In this document: positions 1 through 10,478 of the stretch, one piece after another
How the letters are laid out: the number at the start of each line of letters is the position of its first letter
Numbering within the stretch: the first letter of the stretch is position 1
Virus record (IMG/VR): IMGVR_UViG_3300042894_007218
Strand: one strand, 5' to 3'
DNA length: 64,000 nt
Origin: an uncultured virus (IMG/VR IMGVR_UViG_3300042894_007218)
Taxonomy: Duplodnaviria > Heunggongvirae > Uroviricota > Caudoviricetes
Translations under genes and position numbers: made by a program
Notes under the pieces: generated by a model
Databases searched by the model: none
What the model saw: only the letters and a program-made list of their open reading frames with translations
Told to the model about the DNA's origin: nothing

Positions 1-14
1 GGAAAGACAGTCAA

Positions 15-3000
15 ATGACATTTGAATATTACAGTCTAAATCCAACAACAGATGCGACTAAAGTTTTAATGACTACAACTTTTTCTTATTCAAGTAATAA
101 TGCTGTATTCAATGTATCTACTTTTTCGGCTTTCAGAATAAGTTATGATTTTATTCAGACTGGTCAATATTTTCCTGATATAGATGCTATAAAATCTTTA
201 GCACCTACTATTTCTGACGAAGGTCATAGTAGATTTTATAGCATTGGTCTAACTGCAATATCTGCTCCAACATACTCTTATGACCTTTATTTTTATGATT
301 ATTTAATGGTTGCTAAGCTACCAACAACATATCCTGTTCAAGTTGGTGATGTTATAAGATTTGATAGTAATGTTGTAGAAGGCAATTTTATTGTTAATAA
401 ATTAGCAAATTTGTCTGGTGATAATTATGCTTATATGTTCACTGAGTTTGATAATGCGATTCTAAAAGAACTGACGGCATCTTTTTCGATTACATTAACA
501 AATTTGAACTACTATAATAATTCTACTGAATTATCTGATAGATTTAACTTACATCCAATTTCAAAGGCATATAGTTTAAGTTATGATGCTACTAATTCTG
601 TTGCTGAAATTTCTACAGAATTTAATAATTTTACATCTTACTATAATTTAGCAACTAATGTAAACACTCATTATTCACAGTTTACAATGTCATACACTTC
701 CGGATTTTTAAAATTTGGATATTCGCCTACTTATAATCTTTTAGATTACTTAGAGTCAATAAACGAACTGGGTGATCCAAATCCTAAATTTTATGCAACA
801 AAAGAGTATTATGCGATGCCTGATTTAAGAGACATTCCAATGCCTGGCCTGAATTCATTTACTTTTAGTGTGGCTTATGTCGATTATAATGGTATGACGG
901 CTGCTCAGGGTCTTACTGTATCTAATAGACAAGATAATAAAATATTATTTGGGCAACAATTAGAGTTTGAGTGGAATAGTATATTCATTAATACTTTTAT
1001 TGATATTAATTTATATGCAACTTCTTCTGTTACTACAACCGAAAGAGCACTTGTTACAAAAAAATATCGAGCACTTGATGAAAATGGTGAGGAGTATTTT
1101 GTAATTGAATTGCATAAGAGATTAAATTATGCAGTTAATGTACCATTATATAAAATAGACATAATATCTCGAAGAAAGTTGTATCAAATTAGTGATGATC
1201 TACAACAATTAAATCTTATTCAAAGACCTGTGAAATCTAAAGATTACTTAGCTGGATCTGGACCGAATATTTGGTTTGCTGACTATACTCAGTTTGAAAG
1301 AGAAATGAATTTCAAAGTAAATACCGATTCTTATGCTAAGGTTTTATTAAGTGATGTTGATACTTTAGAATCAATCAGTGCTGTTCTTTACACTGATTAT
1401 AAAAACGAATATGCGATGAATGTAACAAGACTTGGAAAAGAAGTGACTGTTCCTATTCTTAATACTGCAAATTTTGCTGGTAATTTATTTATATCTTGTT
1501 CGGAAAAACATGGTTTAAAAGACGAAGAGGGTGTTGTGTTGGAGTTTACGGGTCTTACTGGCTCATCGGCTTTTGTGAATCAACAATATTTCGGATATCA
1601 CCCGATTAAAAAAGTTAATGAGTATAATTTTTATATTAATTTCCCTTATGGTACAGTTCCACTTGTAGGTAATGATGTTGGTTTTGTTAAGTATTATAGA
1701 CAAGATCCATTCTTAGGTTATGAACCAGTTGACTTAATTGATGTTGGTGTTGATAAAAAGGGTAAAATTGCAATAGAACTGACAACGGAAAATACCATAC
1801 AAAGTGGAGCGACTTATAGTTTATCTGGTGTTGATTTCAGTAAATTTAGATTTAGATTAGTCGATGGTTTAAATATTGAAACTCTTGCGGCTAACTTCCC
1901 TTGGATTTATGAGGCCGAGATTTCAGGAGCAGTAATTGGTCAAAATGGTGAGGATTTAGTTTGGTACAAAGGTAGATGGGAATGTGGAAGGTGGTTCGGT
2001 GGTATTTGGCAATCTGGATATTGGAAATCAGGTGATTGGTATGGTGGTACTTGGAATTCTAGACTTGTCAAAGATAATTGGATTAATGTTGAAGTTGATG
2101 AAAGGTCATCAGGTCTTTCACATTCAACTTGGGTCAATGGTCGTTGGTATGATGGAACTTGGAATAATGGTACTTGGGCAAATGGTCGTTGGTATGGTGG
2201 TACTTGGAACGATGGTCTTTGGTATAAAGGTATCTGGAATGATGGAACTTGGAATATGGGTAAATTCAATGGTGGTATCTGGGTACTTGGTACTTGGAAT
2301 GGTGGTATATTTAACACAGATAATGAACCATCTTATTGGTTAGATGGTTACTGGTATGGTGGAGATTTTGAAAATGGTATGTGGTATTCTGGTCTTTTTG
2401 AACAAAGAAACGCAGAATCTAGATTTGGAACAAATGCTTACAATAGTAGAACAGCAACTTGGCATGGTGGTAAGTGGGTTAGTGGAAGTTTTCACTCAAG
2501 ACTAAATGTAAATGATGCTGGTCAATATGATGTTTCTGATGTTCATAAATATTCTATATGGTATACTGGTCAGTGGTTTAGTGGAGATTTTTATGGTGGT
2601 GTGGCTTACAATATGAATTTCAAATCAGGAACTTGGCATGGTGGTATATTAGAAGATATTCAGGTAATTGGACTTACAGGTTCTGCTACTTCTAGTAATA
2701 ACTACTTTACGTTGAATGGTATTTTTAAATTTGGAATTGGTGACCAAGTTACAATTATAGATAATCAAATTGGAAACACTTACTCAATTTATGGTAGTAA
2801 TACAAATCCTCAAAATTATACCGTTCTTTATACAGTTGAAGACACGTTGAATAAACACACAAATGTTTATGTAAATAGAAACATTACACTTTCTGTTAAT
2901 CCACCAGTTGATGTAGGAATTAGATTTGTTAGTGAGTTTTCAAATTGTAACTGGAAATCTGGAATCTGGACAAATGGACTATTCAATACTGGTCTTTGGG

Positions 3001-3053
3001 AAGGTGGAATTTGGTATGGTGGTGTTTTTGGTAATAATGCTGTCTGGATGTAA
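15..3053 (+). CDS. Large virion structural protein with C-terminal GxW/GxF pentapeptide repeats (may extend upstream of the window)
   Basis: 1012 aa ORF; long runs such as GRWYDGTWNNGTWANGRWYGGTW; lies among other large structural-type ORFs. Confidence 0.6.
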   Translation: MTFEYYSLNPTTDATKVLMTTTFSYSSNNAVFNVSTFSAFRISYDFIQTGQYFPDIDAIKSLAPTISDEGHSRFYSIGLTAISAPTYSYDLYFYDYLMVAKLPTTYPVQVGDVIRFDSNVVEGNFIVNKLANLSGDNYAYMFTEFDNAILKELTASFSITLTNLNYYNNSTELSDRFNLHPISKAYSLSYDATNSVAEISTEFNNFTSYYNLATNVNTHYSQFTMSYTSGFLKFGYSPTYNLLDYLESINELGDPNPKFYATKEYYAMPDLRDIPMPGLNSFTFSVAYVDYNGMTAAQGLTVSNRQDNKILFGQQLEFEWNSIFINTFIDINLYATSSVTTTERALVTKKYRALDENGEEYFVIELHKRLNYAVNVPLYKIDIISRRKLYQISDDLQQLNLIQRPVKSKDYLAGSGPNIWFADYTQFEREMNFKVNTDSYAKVLLSDVDTLESISAVLYTDYKNEYAMNVTRLGKEVTVPILNTANFAGNLFISCSEKHGLKDEEGVVLEFTGLTGSSAFVNQQYFGYHPIKKVNEYNFYINFPYGTVPLVGNDVGFVKYYRQDPFLGYEPVDLIDVGVDKKGKIAIELTTENTIQSGATYSLSGVDFSKFRFRLVDGLNIETLAANFPWIYEAEISGAVIGQNGEDLVWYKGRWECGRWFGGIWQSGYWKSGDWYGGTWNSRLVKDNWINVEVDERSSGLSHSTWVNGRWYDGTWNNGTWANGRWYGGTWNDGLWYKGIWNDGTWNMGKFNGGIWVLGTWNGGIFNTDNEPSYWLDGYWYGGDFENGMWYSGLFEQRNAESRFGTNAYNSRTATWHGGKWVSGSFHSRLNVNDAGQYDVSDVHKYSIWYTGQWFSGDFYGGVAYNMNFKSGTWHGGILEDIQVIGLTGSATSSNNYFTLNGIFKFGIGDQVTIIDNQIGNTYSIYGSNTNPQNYTVLYTVEDTLNKHTNVYVNRNITLSVNPPVDVGIRFVSEFSNCNWKSGIWTNGLFNTGLWEGGIWYGGVFGNNAVWM

Positions 3054-3069
3054 ATCACATTTTATAATT

Positions 3070-3077
3070 AATATATA
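3070..3077 (+). promoter_or_regulatory. AATATATA motif, putative phage late promoter (representative copy)
   Basis: Same motif at 6230, 13233, 14678, 15039, 62807 (+) and 21702, 26380, 28747, 32671, 33400, 59552 (-), each just upstream of a start codon. Confidence 0.55.
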
Positions 3078-3081
3078 GTCT

Positions 3082-3465
3082 ATGATTAAAAAATATTATC
3101 AATTCATAAATGAGGCTGAAGAAGCGGTTGCAGAAACAACAGAAAAAGACAGCTCAAAATTTACTGAGGTCAAAGATGAAATAAAATCTATGATAGAAGA
3201 GACTATTAAGAAGTCTGGTGGTGAATTTGTCTCATTTGTTGATGCATTCAAGAAAAATCCAGAGGATGTAAAAGTTGAAGGATTTATAAATGATTCTGAT
3301 ATTTATGATTTTTATCTTAAGTGGAGAAATGATATTGATGAAAAATTAAATGATATAAAGTTCTTTGACCAAATGCCATCTAAAAATAATAGCTTTGGAC
3401 TTTATGAATATATAATTAAAGGAACCGAAAAAGCATTCAAAGAATTTGTGAATGATTTAAAATAA
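3082..3465 (+). CDS. Hypothetical protein with N-terminal MIKKYYQFINE motif (candidate capsid-internal protein)
   Basis: 127 aa ORF; N-terminus shared with other ORFs in the window. Confidence 0.6.
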   Translation: MIKKYYQFINEAEEAVAETTEKDSSKFTEVKDEIKSMIEETIKKSGGEFVSFVDAFKKNPEDVKVEGFINDSDIYDFYLKWRNDIDEKLNDIKFFDQMPSKNNSFGLYEYIIKGTEKAFKEFVNDLK

Positions 3466-3508
3466 GGCGACAGAAAATATTATATATAGAATAAATTTAA
3501 ATCATTAA

Positions 3509-6220
3509 ATGGCTTCTACTCCACTTTATAAATTCTTAAAATCTAACGGTACAACTTTTTATGCATTTCCTGGGGCAGCTGAAGATATATCGGCGGCATA
3601 TCAGAACACAAGTTATAAAATGTACTTTTCTAAGTACGCTCTTTTAAACTTTCCAAAACAAAATTTAAATGCTGGTACACAATCTTTACCAATTTATTTT
3701 GATTTTGAAAATTCTTTTTTTAGATCAAGTAATGCAAATCCAACTACAAATTTTTCTGATGGTATAGTAGAATCTTTAAGAAATTATGTGGCAAACCACG
3801 AAGTATCTCTTAGAGAAAGTCGATTAAACAATACTCAATATTATTACGATACAAATGCTTTAGAGACAACAACGGAAAAAATATTTTGGAAGTGGTGTAA
3901 AAAACTTGGTGTCGTTGATTTTGAACCAGCTATTCCACAAGATGAATATTTTTCTAACTTAACTGAATTTGCATCAAGAAGTGTCAATGATGATGAGTTT
4001 TTCCCAGAATTTGTTTGGAAAGAAAGAGAAATAGTTGATTGGGACACTATTGCTTATTATCAAAGTGGTCAATTAGGTTATACATTTGATTTGGAAATTG
4101 AGTTTAGCGGTACTACTAATTTAAAAGTGGGTGATACTATAAATATTTATAATGTAAGTGATTCTTCAATCTATAATATGAGTTATGCTGGAGTTTATGG
4201 ACTTTCTGGTTCACAGACTTTAGATGGTATTTATACAAAAGTTTTAAAAGTTATACCAGCTGGTGCAACACAAGGACAAAAGATTATTGTTGATATTGAT
4301 ACAACACTCGGATATACTCCTGAAACAACTGGTCAGGCAAGACTAGTTTATCATAGATTGGTTCAATATATTGGTGAAGTAAACGGAGTTTCAAATGTTA
4401 ACGAAGCAAACCGTTCTTATACAGAAGTTTATGCTCATATACCAGATCACACCGGTCAAACACCTGATGTATTATTTAGAACTATGATTGATGTTAATTA
4501 CAAACCTAACATGACTTATCCAATTGTTCCAAATCAATATCAACCTGAAATTGTTGGTGCTGAATTTTTTAATTCACCAATAGTTAACACGCCTCAAAAT
4601 TATCCAGGTTCTTACTTAGGATTTTTTGATACACTTGATTTTACATATAAGACTTCAAATGGTGATGACTTAAGAAGGAGTGGTGATTATTTTGGTGTTT
4701 CTGGTGACATTAATAATCCAGTTGTTAATGGAAGTACAATAGATGGAGTATCATTAGATTTTAACACAAGTCACTATGTCAAAATGAATATTCCTGGAAG
4801 AGTTGTTACAAATTTTGACCAGTTTAATGCACTTACTGTAAATAATGAGCCACCTGTGAGTTTTGAATTCAATGCTATTCTTTGGTATTATACTGTAGAA
4901 GATAACAATGGTAATCAAAAAACAAATCTTTATGGTATTTCTTTCTTAGATCATCCAAATAATAATTTATTAGATAGTGAAATAGGTTTGAGATTTCCAA
5001 CTTATAAAAAATTAGTTGCTAATGGTGACCAAGATGGTACTTCATATGCCTTTAGTTTAAACTTAAACTTTAATATTATTAATGAAAATTTAGTAGAGCC
5101 GTATAATCCACAGGCAATAAATTCACTTTTTAGTATGAATTTATTTAATGATGCTATGTCTAAATTGTCGTCTACAAATGATAGTTTTTTAAATATTTTA
5201 GCAGAGCAATCTTTAATTAGAGAACAGGTAAATAATTTATCTGGTTTACTTTATACCCAGACAGATTTGAATACACTAAATGCTAGAATGCAAAATTTAG
5301 AAAATCTTCTTAGATTGTATGCGACTAATCAAATTGTTGGAAATGACACAATAGAAGTCACTACAACACCTGGTACACCACCGCTTGTTAGTATTAATAG
5401 TATTGATAAAGCTTATGGTAGAATTGATAATTTTTTAACAACTCAGTTTTATAACGCTCAGGGTGTAGTGCCTAATATAGTATCAATTCCACTTAATAAA
5501 GATTTTCTTATCAATTTGACTAATAATGATGAAGTTGAATTTAGTTTACCAAATGGTGAAAAGTTAACTTTGCTTTTAGATGGCGATCTTGCAGAAAGAC
5601 AATCTTGTGATATTTTATTGACTGCGAATGAATTTGCTTCACAAAATAAAAGATTAGATATTTATATGAATAGTAATGTTTCTGGTGGGGTTAATCAAGT
5701 ATTATTATTAGGTGATGTTGACTTACCGGTTTTCTTTAACAGCGTAACTCAATTTCAAAACTCAGCTTATCTTTGGAAAGATTTTTCTTTTGATATTGAC
5801 TTTACTCAACCTATTTCTTATTTGACTGGTGATCTTTTAGAAGTTCCATTACAGGGTAATACTCAAATTATTTACAATTCTGTTAAAGCGGGTGATGCTC
5901 TTTATTTAAATAATCTTTTTGTAGGAACTGCTTCTGTATATGATTTTTCTGGACAATATTTTGTTGATAATGTAGTTGCTTCTACGAGTTCTTATATAAA
6001 ATTAGATATTTCAAGTAATGCTGATTTTGTTGCTTATGGTGCTTCTCAATCTGGATTGACATCATCTCAAACATTTTTAATTCACGGAACATCTTCAACA
6101 TCACTTTCTAATTTACCTTATTTTTCTTTAAATAAAGGTAAAAAAATAAAAATCACAAGAGTATCAAACTCTAATGTACTTTCTGAGCGATATAAAGTTC
6201 AAATCGATGATATTATGTAA
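3509..6220 (+). CDS. Putative virion structural protein
   Basis: 903 aa, N/T/S-rich, short coiled coil, in structural cluster. Confidence 0.5.
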   Translation: MASTPLYKFLKSNGTTFYAFPGAAEDISAAYQNTSYKMYFSKYALLNFPKQNLNAGTQSLPIYFDFENSFFRSSNANPTTNFSDGIVESLRNYVANHEVSLRESRLNNTQYYYDTNALETTTEKIFWKWCKKLGVVDFEPAIPQDEYFSNLTEFASRSVNDDEFFPEFVWKEREIVDWDTIAYYQSGQLGYTFDLEIEFSGTTNLKVGDTINIYNVSDSSIYNMSYAGVYGLSGSQTLDGIYTKVLKVIPAGATQGQKIIVDIDTTLGYTPETTGQARLVYHRLVQYIGEVNGVSNVNEANRSYTEVYAHIPDHTGQTPDVLFRTMIDVNYKPNMTYPIVPNQYQPEIVGAEFFNSPIVNTPQNYPGSYLGFFDTLDFTYKTSNGDDLRRSGDYFGVSGDINNPVVNGSTIDGVSLDFNTSHYVKMNIPGRVVTNFDQFNALTVNNEPPVSFEFNAILWYYTVEDNNGNQKTNLYGISFLDHPNNNLLDSEIGLRFPTYKKLVANGDQDGTSYAFSLNLNFNIINENLVEPYNPQAINSLFSMNLFNDAMSKLSSTNDSFLNILAEQSLIREQVNNLSGLLYTQTDLNTLNARMQNLENLLRLYATNQIVGNDTIEVTTTPGTPPLVSINSIDKAYGRIDNFLTTQFYNAQGVVPNIVSIPLNKDFLINLTNNDEVEFSLPNGEKLTLLLDGDLAERQSCDILLTANEFASQNKRLDIYMNSNVSGGVNQVLLLGDVDLPVFFNSVTQFQNSAYLWKDFSFDIDFTQPISYLTGDLLEVPLQGNTQIIYNSVKAGDALYLNNLFVGTASVYDFSGQYFVDNVVASTSSYIKLDISSNADFVAYGASQSGLTSSQTFLIHGTSSTSLSNLPYFSLNKGKKIKITRVSNSNVLSERYKVQIDDIM

Positions 6221-6258
6221 TTAATTTTTAATATATACATTAAAATATTAATTTATAA

Positions 6259-7407
6259 ATGGGTGTTTGTGGTCCTTCATTATTCGGTTCGGGTAATAAT
6301 CAATACATAAAATTTGGAAACGGTGAGTTTGTAGCTATAGAAGGCTCCGGAATATTTGATAGGTTAAACTTTTCAGATATGAGAGCTCCTTACAAACAAC
6401 TTTTAAAAGGTAGAGTTGTTTTAAAAGAAGGTCAAACAAATTATCTTCTTAATCATTTAGGTTTAGGTGATAATGCTACATTTTTAGCAATCAAAGCAAC
6501 TTATGATTCTAAGTCGGTAAATCCTGATAATAATTTTGTTAATTACACGTATTATAATAATCCAGCTATAAGTTATACTTTTGCTCAAATGCTTGTATTG
6601 ACTGGTAATGGTACAAATAGAATACCTCAACTTTATTTGACTAATCCAAGTGCTGATTATAAAGTAATTATTGATGTTATGGTTGGAATTATTGATGAAA
6701 ATTATTCATTCTTTAATGACACTATAAATCAATCGGCAACTTCATTTGTTAATTTAGAATATACTGACATCAAATCACATATAGTTGGTGAATCAATTAA
6801 AGTAGTTGATACATCTGGTAGTGCTTTAGTTTATATTTTACTTGTAAATATAAATTCTATAGAAAAAACCTCTAAAATTTTAACAATAGATGATAATAGT
6901 CTTGGTACTATATTTTTAAGTTTCAAAACTGAATACGATGCTTATCAGGCACTTTCGTTATTAAATTATGTATTAGAAAATCCAAGTGTAGATATTGATG
7001 CAATATCACCTTTATCTGATGATGTGGATCCAACAATTTATTTCTACAGCACTGCTGGTGTGACTGGTAGTTATATTGAATTTAATGGGGCTACTTCTGG
7101 AGTTCCTTACAATACATCAGATGGATTTACATTCTCAACATCAATGTCTTTATCTACTTGGGGTACTGTTTCTGGTTCATTTAGTGTCTTTAATAAACAA
7201 CATTTAATTGATTTACTTGTTGATTATGTTGACGATAACAGAGACGGTCTTATGCAATTGCAAACTTCAAATATTATACTTACTGGAACCGCTGGTGTGA
7301 TAGAAACAATTACTCAAGTTGGAACATATTCATTAGGATTTGATTTTGCTGATTTAGCAAACAATACTTTAGCTGGTGTGACTATGAGTTTGTATATCAT
7401 AAGTTAA
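6259..7407 (+). CDS. Putative virion structural protein
   Basis: 382 aa, beta-rich composition, preceded by AATATATA. Confidence 0.45.
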   Translation: MGVCGPSLFGSGNNQYIKFGNGEFVAIEGSGIFDRLNFSDMRAPYKQLLKGRVVLKEGQTNYLLNHLGLGDNATFLAIKATYDSKSVNPDNNFVNYTYYNNPAISYTFAQMLVLTGNGTNRIPQLYLTNPSADYKVIIDVMVGIIDENYSFFNDTINQSATSFVNLEYTDIKSHIVGESIKVVDTSGSALVYILLVNINSIEKTSKILTIDDNSLGTIFLSFKTEYDAYQALSLLNYVLENPSVDIDAISPLSDDVDPTIYFYSTAGVTGSYIEFNGATSGVPYNTSDGFTFSTSMSLSTWGTVSGSFSVFNKQHLIDLLVDYVDDNRDGLMQLQTSNIILTGTAGVIETITQVGTYSLGFDFADLANNTLAGVTMSLYIIS

Positions 7408-7421
7408 AAAAAAATAAAAAG

Positions 7422-10400
7422 ATGGCTTATAATTATCAGAATTTTTTAAGACCGATAACTTCTACTGATAGAAATATTCAAATTCTAGATACAAATGGAA
7501 TTGTAAAATATACATTGAATCCTTTTTCAATCTTAAATGTTATGGCGTCTAATAACATATTGAGAGTGAATATAAAAGGCGGTAGAGTAATAATTATTGG
7601 ATTGTCAACTGCAAATGAGGCTAAGTTGGCTTTAAATAGAATTCAATCTCAGATTGATACATTAACTGAAAAAGTTCCTTATAATATTGATAAATCAGTA
7701 GAGAACTATATCACTGAACAAATTGGTGATATCTCTGAAATTAACGCTCCTACATTTAGTATTCACTCTGAATTAACAGTAGTTGATGGTCATTTTATTC
7801 CAGGTGCAGATGCTCTTTATGATTTAGGTACAGCAAGTTCTCAATGGAGAAGTCTTTATGTTTCAAATGACACCATATATATCGGTGGTTTTACTCTATC
7901 AATCTATGAAGATAGTTTAGTAGTTAATAGTATATCAATTGGTGGTACTTCATCTGATGTTCAAATATCTACAGAGGATGATATTTTAAGCATTGGTGGT
8001 GATTTAGTTGTTCATGGTAACTTTGCTGTTTATGGTACTACATCGACCATAGATACTGAAAATCTTTTAGTTGAGGATCCACTTTTGTTATTAGGAAATG
8101 GTGGTGTTGGTGTTCCTACTTCTGATAGTGGTTTAATCATAAATAGAGGAAGTGGAATGACACAAGGTATTATTTGGGACCAGTCTGCTTCTCAATTTGC
8201 TCTGATAAATACTACTCAATCCTCTTTAACTGAAAATACTGTATCGATATCTGGTTATTCCGATTTAAGAGCTAAAGATTTAGAAGTTCAAAGTATAAAA
8301 ATAACATCTGGTGCACAAGATGGATATTATTTAGTATCTGATGCATCTGGTAACTCTAGTTGGCAGGCACCTGCTACATCCGGTTCTAGTGGAACAAGTG
8401 GTACATCTGGATCCAGTGGTACATCTGGTAGTTCCGGAACATCTGGATCTAGTGGTTCGTCTGGAACTTCTGGAAGTAGTGGTTCATCTGGAAGTACTGG
8501 AACTTCTGGTTCATCTGGTGTTAATGGGCAATCAACTACATATTACGTTTATCAAACAAATACAAATACTACAACCGGAAATCCGGGTCCTAGTTTTATT
8601 AGATGGAATGGTAACATACAAGTAAACTCGACAGAGATTTCTTTCAATATGTTTACTATAGATAATGTTGATATTGATAATTTTCTTTCATTAATACAAG
8701 AGGGCCAATCAATACTTATTCAAGATAGATATTTTAGTGAAAACTATCAAAGATGGATTGTTACTGGCACACCGGTACAAGACAGTAGTACAGAATTTGG
8801 ATTAACTACAAATTTTTGGAACGTGCCTGTTTCGCTACAGACTGCCCTCGGTACAGGTCTTACAAACTTTGACAATGCTCAACAAGTAATTGTTGGTATT
8901 CTCGCCGCAAATGGTACTTCTGGAACAAGTGGCTCATCAGGATCTGCTGGAACAAGTGGCTCATCAGGATCTGCTGGAACAAGTGGATCAAGTGGTTCCG
9001 CAGGTACAAGTGGTTCTTCCGGTTCATCTGGTTCATCTGGTATAAGTGGTGTTGTTAGTTATGAGTTGCCGGATAATCCATCACCATCATTTACTTGGAT
9101 AAAATTAGGTAATTGGTCAACTGCTCAAAATGGATCAACACTATTGATGAAAATAGCTGCTCATAGTGGCTTCAATGCTGGTTTTGAGCAAAATCAAGTG
9201 ACTGACTTTTATTTAGCAACATCAAATGGTACAACAAACAATGCGGGTTTCTATGCAAATGGTGGAGCTTCAAGAAACACTCTTCTTGGAACTTCTTCAA
9301 CAGCACCACAAACTATAAGAGTTGTTCAGGTTAGCTTAACTTCCTATGATATATGGGGTTATTTTGCACAATGGTCTGGTAGATCTAATTATTCTGTTCA
9401 GATAAATCCAACAACTTCATGGACTAATATTTCAGCGACTGGTTCGACTCCATCCGGTACTTATTTAGATATAACACCTCAAGAAATTACTTCAGGTGGT
9501 GGATCTGGTTCTGGCTCATCAGGTAGTAGTGGGACATCAGGAACAAGTCCAACAGGAGTTGCTGTATCAACTGTTTATCCGGCTTTATTACTTGCCTCAA
9601 ATACTGTCGACCAAAATAGCGTAGGAAATGGAACTGCTATTGTTTTCCAGACAACAAGGGCATCAAATGGTTCTCTTATTACCAAGACATCAAATACACA
9701 ATTAACATTGACAGGTGGACACACCTATAAATTAGAGGCTATAATTAGAAGATTTACCTCAAGTTCTTCATGGGGTACTTTCAGGTGGTATGATGTAACC
9801 AACGCATCATATGTTGGTGTTGAAGGATTTGGTGAAGTTGTTACAAGTAGTCAAAACGTATCAGCAACCACTATCGCTACTCATATAGTAACACCATCAA
9901 TAAATACAACATATGAATTAAGACAAACAACATCAAATACAATTAGTGTTAGTGGTGGTTATGCTAGCTATGAGATTACTGAGTTAGATCCTACAATAAT
10001 GGTCAATGATGGAACGAGTGGTTCTTCAGGAACTTCTGGCACAACGCCTACTACAAGTTTATCTTTATCTGAATCATTGACAGTAACCGGAACATCATCT
10101 TTCAATGGATTAACAGTTTTACAGGAAGTTACAGAAATAATAAATTCGACACCAGCGGCTACGGCATCTGTGGTTACTTATGATTTTTCAACTGGTTCTA
10201 ATTGGTATCATTCTTCAATTACTACTAACTATACTGCTAATTTCACAAATATTCCAACAACAGATAATAGAGCAACAACTCTAACTATTGTGATAAATCA
10301 AGGAGCAACTGCTTATATTCCAACTGTTGTTCAGATAGGTGGAACACCTTCAACAATTAAATGGGCTGGTGGAACTGCTTCAGGAACAGCAAATCAAGTT

Positions 10401-10478
10401 GATATAGTCGGATTTACATTTATCAGAAGTGGTGGTTCTTGGGCTCAAGTCTTAGGACAGATAAACACTTTTGATTAA
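7422..10478 (+). CDS. Tail fibre-like protein with collagen-like G-(S/T)-S repeats
   Basis: 1018 aa; four Gly-X-Y tracts (SGTSGSSGT...); YDLG...W..LY and VEDPLLLL motifs typical of phage fibres. Confidence 0.7.
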   Translation: MAYNYQNFLRPITSTDRNIQILDTNGIVKYTLNPFSILNVMASNNILRVNIKGGRVIIIGLSTANEAKLALNRIQSQIDTLTEKVPYNIDKSVENYITEQIGDISEINAPTFSIHSELTVVDGHFIPGADALYDLGTASSQWRSLYVSNDTIYIGGFTLSIYEDSLVVNSISIGGTSSDVQISTEDDILSIGGDLVVHGNFAVYGTTSTIDTENLLVEDPLLLLGNGGVGVPTSDSGLIINRGSGMTQGIIWDQSASQFALINTTQSSLTENTVSISGYSDLRAKDLEVQSIKITSGAQDGYYLVSDASGNSSWQAPATSGSSGTSGTSGSSGTSGSSGTSGSSGSSGTSGSSGSSGSTGTSGSSGVNGQSTTYYVYQTNTNTTTGNPGPSFIRWNGNIQVNSTEISFNMFTIDNVDIDNFLSLIQEGQSILIQDRYFSENYQRWIVTGTPVQDSSTEFGLTTNFWNVPVSLQTALGTGLTNFDNAQQVIVGILAANGTSGTSGSSGSAGTSGSSGSAGTSGSSGSAGTSGSSGSSGSSGISGVVSYELPDNPSPSFTWIKLGNWSTAQNGSTLLMKIAAHSGFNAGFEQNQVTDFYLATSNGTTNNAGFYANGGASRNTLLGTSSTAPQTIRVVQVSLTSYDIWGYFAQWSGRSNYSVQINPTTSWTNISATGSTPSGTYLDITPQEITSGGGSGSGSSGSSGTSGTSPTGVAVSTVYPALLLASNTVDQNSVGNGTAIVFQTTRASNGSLITKTSNTQLTLTGGHTYKLEAIIRRFTSSSSWGTFRWYDVTNASYVGVEGFGEVVTSSQNVSATTIATHIVTPSINTTYELRQTTSNTISVSGGYASYEITELDPTIMVNDGTSGSSGTSGTTPTTSLSLSESLTVTGTSSFNGLTVLQEVTEIINSTPAATASVVTYDFSTGSNWYHSSITTNYTANFTNIPTTDNRATTLTIVINQGATAYIPTVVQIGGTPSTIKWAGGTASGTANQVDIVGFTFIRSGGSWAQVLGQINTFD
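8920..8986 (+). repeat. 27-bp tandem repeat (about 2.5 copies) in a collagen-like tract
   Basis: ctggaacaagtggctcatcaggatctg at 8920 and 8947, partial copy at 8974. Confidence 0.85.

Noticed and set aside
1940..2343. Overlapping ORFs 1940-2317(-) and 1984-2343(+), and similar short shadow ORFs throughout (e.g. 8341-8625, 22866-23060, 31621-32016)
   Set aside because: Off-frame or antisense shadows of long real genes, often created by repetitive GxW or GSS codons.
8383..9050. CRISPR array or DGR-like repeats
   Set aside because: In-frame Gly-Ser-Thr coding repeats without unique spacers; no cas or reverse transcriptase gene in the window.
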